Assembly (NCBI GenBank): GCA_965219955.1
Contig: OZ244799.1
Coordinates: 2,560,001-2,624,000, forward strand
Source of the DNA: a bacterium
GTDB taxonomy: Bacteria; UBA8248
Direction: 5' to 3'
Length of the DNA stretch: 64,000 bases
Part shown: positions 18,826 to 26,982 of the stretch, in pieces
How the letters are laid out: each line of letters opens with the position of its first letter
How positions within the stretch are numbered: position 1 is the first letter of the stretch
The notes under the pieces: model-generated
What the model saw: only the letters and a program-made list of their open reading frames with translations
What the model was told of the DNA's origin: nothing
Databases searched by the model: none
Position numbers and translations under genes: made by a program

Positions 18826-19543
18826 CGCGCGAACCTCCCGCCTGAGGCGTCCCTGTTTCCTCTGTCGCCGCTTGCGCTTTCGTGGCATGTGGTTCCTCCT
18901 GTCGTGTCGAGTGGTCATCTTCGCCCGGCGCATTCGTTTCGGACGCGCCCGAGCCTGGCGTTTCCCTGAGCGCACTCAGGCGCTCGAGCCAGAGCCTCGC
19001 CGCGCGGGCGGGGTCGAGACTCCTGATGCGCCGGTCGAACGGCGGAAAGGCGACGTCAGGCGCCGGGTTTTCGCTCGCGCCGGGGACGTCGCGCACCTCC
19101 GCGGCTTCCGCCATCCGCGCCACGAAGCACACGAGTTCCGCATGGGCAGAAGTCGGTTTCGTGCCGAGTCCGGCCGCCTCGCGCACGGCCCGGTCTATTT
19201 TTTCACCGAGCCGTCTCAGCTTCGGTGTCGACCGCCTCGAGGGGGCGGCGTCGGGGCCGATCCAGGCGACACTCGCCTCGTACAGCAGGGCATGGAGCGC
19301 CGCCTCCCTCACGTCGCCGCCTGCAGTGGCGGTCAGGTCCTCAATCGCCTCGCTCATCGTCACCCCATGGGCGGCCAGGGAGTGGAAGCGCCTGAGTCGC
19401 CCGTCCCGGCGGCAGGTGTTGGCCAGAACGAAGGCCAGGGCTTCAAAGTCTACCGATTCGGCCGTCAGCGATTCGGGGTCGCCCGGCCAGTCGAGGGGTT
19501 TTTCCTCCGCGCCGTTTGCGGACGCTCTTCTTCTCGCGTTCAT
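18815..19543 (-). CDS. HD-domain (YfdR/YfbR-like) protein with degenerate metal-binding motif
   Basis: LANTCRRDG...FHSLAAH...ALHALLYEASVAWIG parallels LS..CRF.GH...YSVAQH...ALLHDAAEAY.GD. Confidence 0.7.
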   Translation of the reverse strand: MNARRRASANGAEEKPLDWPGDPESLTAESVDFEALAFVLANTCRRDGRLRRFHSLAAHGVTMSEAIEDLTATAGGDVREAALHALLYEASVAWIGPDAAPSRRSTPKLRRLGEKIDRAVREAAGLGTKPTSAHAELVCFVARMAEAAEVRDVPGASENPAPDVAFPPFDRRIRSLDPARAARLWLERLSALRETPGSGASETNAPGEDDHSTRQEEPHATKAQAATEETGTPQAGGSRDAA

Positions 19544-19600
19544 GTGATCTCTCTCCATTCGGGTTGTCGTTCGTTTTCAGGTGTCAGGGATGACGAAACG

Positions 19601-22105
19601 TCACGGCGCGTCCTCTTCCTCGGCGACCCGCTCGACGGCTTCCTCGGTGGTGAGACCCTCGTTTTTCAGTTTCTCGATGGCGGCGAAGGCGGGCCCGCGT
19701 GAGGAGTAGAGCGCCTGCGACCAGCGGTCGAGCGCGAGGCGCGCCACCCGCCAGCCGTCGGGGCCGTGGAGCACGATCTCCGCGTGGCGCCCGTCCACGG
19801 TGGCGAGGCTCTTGAGCGCGCGCTCCATCCCGGGGTCGCAGTGGATGCGCTTCTCCTGCTTGAGGAGTTCGACGGACTCGTCCTTCTGCGCGAGAAATAT
19901 CACCCAGTCGGAGTTGTCCCAGGCCGCCCGGGCTGCTGCGTTCGCGTAGTAGTCGTTCACGCTCTGGGTACCCGTGACGAGCGCGCCCCGGTATTTTCTC
20001 GCGCGCCTTGCGGCGCCTTCCAGGAACGCCTTGCTGTCTTCGCCCGAGAGCAGGTCCCATGCCTCATCAATAACGATCGCCTTGGGCCGCGTCCTCGGGC
20101 CGTGGTACATGCGCTGGGTGGCCAGGAAGACGACGAGCATGAGCACGACGCCCTGGAGGTCGCCGCGGCCCTTGAGCTCGGCGAGTTCGAACACGGTGAG
20201 CGCGGCGTCGAGCGCGGGCGTCCCGCCCCCCTCGAACAACCGCCCCATCGCGCCGCCAGGACACCAGGGTCCCAGCGCCATGCCCAGGTCCGACGCGCGC
20301 CTGTCGCCCGCCGCTTCGAGACCTTTCTGCACAAGGCTCAAATCCGCGTCGTTGCCCGCTTCCTCCCAGGCGCGCGCGATGGCCTCATCGATCAGCGCCG
20401 CCTCGATGTCGTCGATCTGCCCGCGCCTCCGACACATGCGTCCGACCACCGAGGCCAGCATGGCGAAGCATTCTTCCCTGTAGTCGCCGTCCCTCGCCGC
20501 GGTCTCGGCGTCGATCATGGCGAAGGGGTTCAGCCGCGCGGGGTCCTTGCCGAAGGCGATGAAGGCGCCGCCCAGGGCTTCGGCCGTGTGCTGGAAGGAG
20601 CGCCCGTCGTCGATCACGACCGCCTCGCCGCCCGCGCCCGCGATGCCCGCGATCAGTTCCTGCATCAGCACCGACTTCCCGGAGCCGGACTTTCCCGTCA
20701 CGGCCACGTTGTAGTTCCCCGCCTCGTTCGCGAAGGGGGACCAGGGGGCGGGCTGCCCGCGCCTTCCCAGCAACAACAATGCGGGCGGCGCATCCGGCCG
20801 CGCCCGCTGGCCGCGCCACTCACCGTGCACGGGCGCGAGGTTGACGGCCGATGAAGTCAAGAGCGTCTTCATCCGCCCCATCCGGGCGAGGTCGGCGTCG
20901 AGTCCGCCAGCGGGGACCATTGGCAGGCAGGAGAGCCAGCACGGCAGGTGCGCGTAGCGCTCCGCCCCCAGCCGCCAGCCCTGTCCGTGGTAGATGGCGC
21001 GCACCGCCTGTTCGGCCTCGTCTATCGCATCCAAAGGCGCGTAGACCGCCGTCATGTAGGAGGCCCGCACCAGGCGCTCGCCCTCTTTGAGCCGCTCGGT
21101 CACGAAGCGCCAGTCCCGGGCCTTCTCGGGAAGGCCGGGCAGGTAGCGCGCGATGCCCGTCCCCGCCTGCTGCGTCGCGCGAGCTGATTTGAGGAACGCG
21201 CGCTCCCCGTCGGCCGCCTCGCCCATCATCACGGTGAGCGCGGTCAGGACCGGCGCGCCGGGTTGCAGGAAGTCGCGGTAGAAGTCTCCTATCAGGGCAT
21301 TGCCCCGCCAGCCGGGCCAGACTTCGGGGTATGCGCGCGCGGAGAGTACCCGCACGGCCACGTCCGTCCCGTCCGGGTGGTGGAATACGAGGCCTCCGGG
21401 CGCCACGCTCATCGCCCGTCCGGGCGCCGCGCACTGCAGGTGGATTGGATCCCTGGGCGACCAGCGCCTCCCGGGCCGCTCGAGCCCGCCGTCGTGGACG
21501 CCTTCGGTATCCGGCGAGGTGAGTTCCGCCGCGAGCGAGAGCAGCGCGTCCGGCTCCATCCGCCGCGCCCAGGCGCCGATCGAGGCGAGCGCGCCCTCGA
21601 TCGCCCGGCGGAAGCCGCCCAGCGCGGTCTCTGAAACCGGTCCCGGCCGCCCCGGCAGACTCGCCGTGAGGAAAACGCGGCAGTCGTTCATCGTAAAGGG
21701 CGGTCCCCCCGCGTGGAGCGGACGCCAGCCCGCGCCGGTGAACAGCGCCGCGCGGCGTTTCGCCATCACCGCCTGCAGGCCGCCCGCAGCCTCCCTCGGT
21801 CCGGCCCACTCCGCGATCGCCGCGCCGTAGCGCGGGCTCGTCCAGTGGATCACCTGCACCACCGAGCGATCGGGCGCGGAGTCGGCCAGGGTTCCCGCCA
21901 GGGCGTCCAGGGTGCCCTCGTCCACGCCCGCGAAGGGCGGGAGTTCCAGGACGAAGCCCAGGCTCCCCGCGTTCACGTAGAATTCGCCCGCCTCGTCCCA
22001 GGCCCGCCAGGGGAGCAGGTCCACGAGCGGGGCGGGCGTGGCCGGAAGCGTCCAGGGCTGGAGCGCGTCGCCATCGCCGAAGATGTCCTTCAGGCGCTCG
22101 ATCAC
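19601..22105 (-). CDS. traC: VirB4-family ATPase TraC
   Basis: NYNVAVTGKSGSGKS, IDEAWDLL, RRARKY; GTG start overlapping the traV stop. Confidence 0.95.
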   Translation of the reverse strand: MIERLKDIFGDGDALQPWTLPATPAPLVDLLPWRAWDEAGEFYVNAGSLGFVLELPPFAGVDEGTLDALAGTLADSAPDRSVVQVIHWTSPRYGAAIAEWAGPREAAGGLQAVMAKRRAALFTGAGWRPLHAGGPPFTMNDCRVFLTASLPGRPGPVSETALGGFRRAIEGALASIGAWARRMEPDALLSLAAELTSPDTEGVHDGGLERPGRRWSPRDPIHLQCAAPGRAMSVAPGGLVFHHPDGTDVAVRVLSARAYPEVWPGWRGNALIGDFYRDFLQPGAPVLTALTVMMGEAADGERAFLKSARATQQAGTGIARYLPGLPEKARDWRFVTERLKEGERLVRASYMTAVYAPLDAIDEAEQAVRAIYHGQGWRLGAERYAHLPCWLSCLPMVPAGGLDADLARMGRMKTLLTSSAVNLAPVHGEWRGQRARPDAPPALLLLGRRGQPAPWSPFANEAGNYNVAVTGKSGSGKSVLMQELIAGIAGAGGEAVVIDDGRSFQHTAEALGGAFIAFGKDPARLNPFAMIDAETAARDGDYREECFAMLASVVGRMCRRRGQIDDIEAALIDEAIARAWEEAGNDADLSLVQKGLEAAGDRRASDLGMALGPWCPGGAMGRLFEGGGTPALDAALTVFELAELKGRGDLQGVVLMLVVFLATQRMYHGPRTRPKAIVIDEAWDLLSGEDSKAFLEGAARRARKYRGALVTGTQSVNDYYANAAARAAWDNSDWVIFLAQKDESVELLKQEKRIHCDPGMERALKSLATVDGRHAEIVLHGPDGWRVARLALDRWSQALYSSRGPAFAAIEKLKNEGLTTEEAVERVAEEEDAP

Positions 22106-22605
22106 GGCAGCCTCCAGCCCGCGGGCCTTATGACTGCGCGTACCCAATAACCCTCGTGATAGTTGTTCTGCGCGTCCACGTAGGGCGCTATCCATATCCG
22201 CGCGATCCGCTCCTTCGTGCGGAGGTTTTCATTCGGCTCTACCGGCGTCTCTTCCGAAGCCTGCGTAACGATCAGCGGCTCGGCCGTGGCCACCTCCTCG
22301 TCGTCTTCCTCATCAAGACGGAAGAGTTCTGCGAACCAGGCGAGGATGCCGCCCAGGAACGCCGTACCGGTGGTTTCAACGGAACGGCCCGGGGAGGGGA
22401 GGGTCGTTTCCCGTGCTTCCGCCGTTGCCGCAACGGCGGGGTCCGCCTCCGAAACGCTCGCGCACGCCGTCCCCTGCGCGATGGGGCATTGCCAGCTCTC
22501 GCCCACGTGGCTCCCTCCCGCGCAGCCCGTGATGAGCAGGACTCCAAGGAGCATGGCGAACGCTCGCAAGGGTATTCCGGTTCTTTGTCGGATATTCGTT
22601 TTCAT
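22102..22605 (-). CDS. traV: Lipoprotein TraV
   Basis: Lipobox ITGC, WQCPIAQGTACASVSEA, RIWIAPYVD. Confidence 0.88.
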   Translation of the reverse strand: MKTNIRQRTGIPLRAFAMLLGVLLITGCAGGSHVGESWQCPIAQGTACASVSEADPAVAATAEARETTLPSPGRSVETTGTAFLGGILAWFAELFRLDEEDDEEVATAEPLIVTQASEETPVEPNENLRTKERIARIWIAPYVDAQNNYHEGYWVRAVIRPAGWRLP

Positions 22606-23831
22606 CCGTTTCTCCTCCGTTTCCTGTCTGTTTTTTTCTTCTCGTGCTGCCCGTCGATCCGGGTCCCCTCGATGAACACGACCGTGACCCGCGTTCCCGT
22701 CTGCAGCTGAATCACCGGCTGGTACTGCTCGGCCCTCCGGATCAGGTAGTCCGCGACGCGCCTGCCGGCCGACCCGGCGCCCGCCCCCAGCCCCGCGCGT
22801 CCCAGGTCGCCCAGGCTCGCCGCGTTCTCGTCCCCCGACGCCCCGGCAGGCGCCTGGAGCACGTTGGCGGCGGTCTCGCCCGCACCCGATACCAGGCCCG
22901 CGAGGAAGGCCTTCTCCACGAGCGCTCCCTCGCGGCTCACCACCGGACCCCGCACGCCGGCCTTGCCCCCGCCCGCCACGAAGCCCGAGACGTTCGTCTC
23001 GATCACGGTCCCGGGGTCGGGACCAGCGCAAGTCATGGTCTGGAGCCGCACGTAGACCTTCTCGGACGACAGATCCCCGTAGGCGGCGCCCGTCAGCGTG
23101 CAGCCCTCGACGTCTGCTTCCATCGCCTTGCCTTCCGCCGCAGCGCTCCGCGCCATGCCCGTGAGGCGAAGCAATACGGGCCGCGGGTCGCCCTGGGACG
23201 ACACGCCCGCCGAGGCGTCCACGCCCGCCAGCACCACCGCCTCAGCGTAGGCGCCCGCGGGCAGCCAGGAGGAAAGGGGGCGCGGGCCAGAAGCAGGGTT
23301 GTTTGTTCGCTCACCTCCCGTTTCAATATGAAATTCCTGGATCATGGGCGGGTTCGCCGATGAGGCTTTCCCGCCGGGAGGGGTGCGGTTCCCCTTCACG
23401 CGCGCCGCAGGCCGCTTCGCCCGGACGGGGGCGACGGGGCGGGTCTCCAGTTTCCTGCGCAGCTCGTCGATCGCCGCCGCCTGGCGGTCGATCACCATCC
23501 GTCCGTCCGCAGCACCCTTGGCGAGGCGCGCCCTGAGCCGCGCGTTCTCCTCCTCCGAGCGCCGGTTCTTCGTCTCCACCTCCCTGAGCCGCGCCTCCAC
23601 CTGTCCAATCCGGCTCTCCGATCGCCTGACCCAGACGGCTTCCGCGGACCCTGCGCCCGCGAGTTCCGCATGGACCCCGCCGCGTGGCGGCGGCGCCTCG
23701 CCGCCTCCCGCCGAGAACCAGGCCGCGAAGGCGATCAATATCGCCGCGGCGATACCCGAGAACAGCAGCAGCTGCCGCCCCCGGACTTTCCGGCTCTCGG
23801 CGTCCATCGGGGTCTTCTCCTGCCCGCTCAT
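22602..23831 (-). CDS. traB: TraB (VirB10-like)
   Basis: LPAGAY, GDLSSEKVYVR, GKAGVRGPVVSREG, YLIRRAEQYQPVI. Confidence 0.93.
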   Translation of the reverse strand: MSGQEKTPMDAESRKVRGRQLLLFSGIAAAILIAFAAWFSAGGGEAPPPRGGVHAELAGAGSAEAVWVRRSESRIGQVEARLREVETKNRRSEEENARLRARLAKGAADGRMVIDRQAAAIDELRRKLETRPVAPVRAKRPAARVKGNRTPPGGKASSANPPMIQEFHIETGGERTNNPASGPRPLSSWLPAGAYAEAVVLAGVDASAGVSSQGDPRPVLLRLTGMARSAAAEGKAMEADVEGCTLTGAAYGDLSSEKVYVRLQTMTCAGPDPGTVIETNVSGFVAGGGKAGVRGPVVSREGALVEKAFLAGLVSGAGETAANVLQAPAGASGDENAASLGDLGRAGLGAGAGSAGRRVADYLIRRAEQYQPVIQLQTGTRVTVVFIEGTRIDGQHEKKKTDRKRRRNG

Positions 23832-24577
23832 CGCACCACCCCCGCGCGGGCGGTATCGAGCACCGCGACCGCGAGCCGTCCTCCCGAGGGAGCGCTCTCG
23901 GGCTTCCCCGTCCAGAGCGCGGCTGCCCCCGGCGCGAGGCCTTGCATGAGGGCCTGAGGGTCGTCGCCCGGGCCTGAGTCCGCCTCGTAGACGCGCGCGG
24001 TGAACCGGCGCCCGCGCCAGGTTTCCAGGAGAGAGATGCCCTCCGGGCGCGGCGTTCCGGATGCCGTGTGAATCACATAGCCGGGGAGAACTTCACGAAG
24101 CACGACCGCGCGGACCAGCGCCACGATCGCGCTCACTCTGCCCTCGCGGGGTCTGCCGGCCTCCGGTTCGTTCGACGCGGCGGAAGCATTTCGAATCAGA
24201 ATCTGCGCCGAGCCGCGCGCGGCGGTCCTCAGCGTCAGCCGGTAGGTGAAGCCCTTCGCCGTCCCGATGAACAGCGTAAGCGGCGCGCTACTCCCGCTCG
24301 CGCGCTCCAGGGGCCGCAGGTATAGGTCGCCGCGCGCCTTGTCGTGTTCCACCATGAAACCGTCCGGGCCCCGGACCACGCGCGCCACCCGGTCACCGGC
24401 CAGCGTTATCCGGCTCACCGAACGGTCCGATATCTCGGCTGCGAGCTCCGCATGGTCTGCGGCGTCGAGTATCTGCATCGCGGACGCCGGCGCCGCCCAC
24501 AGAAAGATCGCGGCCAGGAGGAGCGCCGCGGCCGGCAGGGAAGGGAAGATATTTCGGGTTCTCATCGTTCGCGTCAT
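23828..24577 (-). CDS. traK: TraK
   Basis: Signal peptide, SRITLAGDRV, GDLYLRP; between traE and traB. Confidence 0.85.
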   Translation of the reverse strand: MTRTMRTRNIFPSLPAAALLLAAIFLWAAPASAMQILDAADHAELAAEISDRSVSRITLAGDRVARVVRGPDGFMVEHDKARGDLYLRPLERASGSSAPLTLFIGTAKGFTYRLTLRTAARGSAQILIRNASAASNEPEAGRPREGRVSAIVALVRAVVLREVLPGYVIHTASGTPRPEGISLLETWRGRRFTARVYEADSGPGDDPQALMQGLAPGAAALWTGKPESAPSGGRLAVAVLDTARAGVVR

Positions 24578-24578
24578 C

Positions 24579-25136
24579 TTATTTCTTCTCCTCCAGTTCC
24601 TCGAATCGAAGCAGGCCGATCCGGCCCGCGTCCACGCGGAAGGACAACCGGTAGCGCTTCCGCTCGCGCGAGACCGGCTCGCGCCCCACCCAGGTCGCGA
24701 GCTCCCCGCCCACGACGACCGTCAGCCTCTTGGGGTCCGCCTCGATCCGCCCGGGATAGAACGCCGTCGAGAGGTCGCGCCGCGCCATGCGCCCGGCCTC
24801 GGCCGCGACCCAGGCGCCGATCGCGCCCCGTGCCGAGGCGTGGGCGAGCCGCGCCGCCGCCTCGCGGGCGTGCTCCGCGTTCTCGGGCGTGAGCGTCAGA
24901 AGTGTCACCGCCACGGTCCGCCCCATGTCCTCCAGGTAGCGGAGCCCCGTCCGACCGCCACCGACCTTCCACGCCGGCCCCGCCACCGCGGGCACCAGCA
25001 CCGTCATGCGCTCCACTGAGGCGAGCCCCACGCTCAGTCCCAGGTTGGCCAGCAGCGAGAGGCCGAGAAGTATCGCCAGCGCCGCTCGTCCGTCCCGAAC
25101 GCGCCTGCGCTCGGCTTCCATCAGTTCGCGTTCCAC
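24579..25136 (-). CDS. traE: TraE
   Basis: TM, TVLVP, YLEDMG...LLTLTPEN, TAFYP. Confidence 0.88.
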   Translation of the reverse strand: MERELMEAERRRVRDGRAALAILLGLSLLANLGLSVGLASVERMTVLVPAVAGPAWKVGGGRTGLRYLEDMGRTVAVTLLTLTPENAEHAREAAARLAHASARGAIGAWVAAEAGRMARRDLSTAFYPGRIEADPKRLTVVVGGELATWVGREPVSRERKRYRLSFRVDAGRIGLLRFEELEEKK

Positions 25137-25149
25137 GATGATAACCTCC

Positions 25150-25443
25150 TCATCCGATGAAGCGGCGCAGGTGGCTCGGCGGCGCGCCCCTGAAACCCAG
25201 CGCGAAGCCGGGAAGGAACCAGTAGAGCGCGCAGACGCATAAGTCCGCCCCGCCGCCCCGCTTCGCGCGGCGCAACAGCGCCCAGCCCGCGAGACCGGTC
25301 AGCAACCCGGTCAGGAAGGCGTTCGCCGCCAGCCCCAGCAGCGCCGGTCCCAGGAGCGCCGCCGCCTCGTCCAGGGTCCAGAACAGCCAGCGTTCCGGAT
25401 CGTCGAGGCGAGAGGGGATAGCGTGTCTGGCCTGATCGTTCAT
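25150..25443 (-). CDS. traL: TraL
   Basis: IPSRLDDPERWLFWTLDE...LYWFLP...PPSHLRRFIG. Confidence 0.92.
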   Translation of the reverse strand: MNDQARHAIPSRLDDPERWLFWTLDEAAALLGPALLGLAANAFLTGLLTGLAGWALLRRAKRGGGADLCVCALYWFLPGFALGFRGAPPSHLRRFIG

Positions 25444-25452
25444 CCGTCCCCC

Positions 25453-25752
25453 TCACACGATCGCCGTGCCGACGAGGCCCGTGACGATGCCGGTGCCCGC
25501 ACCCGCAGCGATACCCACCCCGACCGCGCCCGCGAGCTGGGCCGCGTTGAAACGGAGCACCGAGCCCACCAGGGCGGCGCCCACGGCGAGCGCCGCCGCG
25601 AGCTGGCCGCCCGTGCCCCCCACGATCCCGGTCACCGTGTCTAGCGGACCTGAGAACGTCGTGTCCGTCGTCGCCCAGGCGGCATCCAGGCTGCACAACG
25701 CCCAGGCGAGCGCCGCGAGGGCGGCTTTCCCCCAACAATGCGTTCTCATCAC
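25453..25752 (-). CDS. traA: Conjugative pilin precursor
   Basis: 99 aa, signal peptide plus two hydrophobic helices, directly upstream of traL. Confidence 0.75.
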   Translation of the reverse strand: MMRTHCWGKAALAALAWALCSLDAAWATTDTTFSGPLDTVTGIVGGTGGQLAAALAVGAALVGSVLRFNAAQLAGAVGVGIAAGAGTGIVTGLVGTAIV

Positions 25753-26486
25753 GCAATCCTCCTTCCGTCATCCGAGGTGGAGGTCCTGCGCCCCGCTGCG
25801 GCCCAGGCCTCAATGTCGGTGAGCAGGTAGCGCACCCTCGAACCCAGACGGTGGAATACCGGTCCCTCGCCGGTCACCCGGTAACGCTCCAGCGTCCTCG
25901 GCGAGAGACCCAGCCAGGCGGCCGCCTCCCGCGTACTCAGGTAATGCTTATCGTTCTCGTTCATGTACATCTCTCCTTCTGTTTCGGTCCCGGCAATCGG
26001 GACCCTTCTGGTTTGCAAGCAGGACGTCGCCCCGGGTAGTGGTTTCATGTCGGCCGTATCCTCTACCCGGGCGCGGATGGTCCGTCGTTCTTCTTCACTT
26101 ACATGAGAAGCCATCCAGGCGCGCACCCGATCGAGCGTCGCAAGCCGCGGCGAATACCCGCGGCGCAGTTTCCACACGAAGGAAGGGCTGCCCGTGGCCT
26201 CCTCGCCCAGCACCGGCGGCTTCGTCCCGGTCACGGCCAGAAAAGCCTCGACCTCGCTTTTGAAGGCCGGACCCAGCGGCGGCTTCCCCATGAAGGCGAG
26301 CACCCGGTCCGCCGTCTTCATCCCCACGGAGCGTCCCCGGCGCAGCGCGTCCATGAAGTCCGGATCTCCAAGCGCAGCCACCCCGAGATATCTCGCACTC
26401 ACGCCGTGGCGCGCGCACCAAGCGGCAACGAAGCGTCTCAATCGGTCATCAAGAAGGATGTCTTTGTTGTGGTCGGACATAATCAT
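25749..26486 (-). CDS. Two tandem Cro-like HTH repeats fused to an HTH_17 excisionase-like domain
   Basis: Repeats LGVAALGDPDFMDALRRGRS / LGEEATGSPSFVWKLRRGYS; C-terminal YLSTREAAAWLGLSPRTLERYRVTGEGPVF. Confidence 0.8.
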   Translation of the reverse strand: MIMSDHNKDILLDDRLRRFVAAWCARHGVSARYLGVAALGDPDFMDALRRGRSVGMKTADRVLAFMGKPPLGPAFKSEVEAFLAVTGTKPPVLGEEATGSPSFVWKLRRGYSPRLATLDRVRAWMASHVSEEERRTIRARVEDTADMKPLPGATSCLQTRRVPIAGTETEGEMYMNENDKHYLSTREAAAWLGLSPRTLERYRVTGEGPVFHRLGSRVRYLLTDIEAWAAAGRRTSTSDDGRRIA

Positions 26487-26493
26487 GTGATGG

Positions 26494-26522
26494 TTTATAT
26501 ATAGTCATATTTACAAATACAA
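26494..26522 (-). promoter_or_regulatory. sigma70-type promoter of the xis-tra operon
   Basis: Minus strand TTGTAT, 17 bp, TATAAA, in an AT-rich island. Confidence 0.6.
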
Positions 26523-26982
26523 TATATATTTATATCTAGTTACCTACGTTTTTCACACATTCCTGCTCGGGCTTGCGAACGGCTACGCAGGGATGCGGCA
26601 AAAAAATTTTTCAAAGCGATTGCATCTACGGGAGCAGGACGAAGTCCTGCGAATTCGCACGAGAGGGAAGCTTCCGGGTCAGTCCGGGGAGCTACGCGTC
26701 CCGAAAATACGAATATAATACGAAAATAAATCGATTGCAACGCGGGCCCGAATCGGGAAACCCGCGGTCGCTCGAAATGCATGGCTACGCCTGTGCGGCG
26801 CCTCCGTTGCGAATCACCCCGCCCCGAACGCATGCAAACCCGTAACGACGGTTCACCGCTTTGCTCTCTTGCGTCTCGCCTCTCTCCACCGGGAGGCGGA
26901 GCCGGGCGGGGCGTGGGCGAAGCCGGGAAGGTTCGAGAGCGTTCCCGGCACGTTCCCATCCCATCCACAGGAGGAAATTCGT

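Noticed and set aside
26540-26980. GCTACGC repeats and hairpins as an alternative oriT
   Set aside because: No full MOBF nic consensus; 43624-43646 fits much better. Probably regulatory
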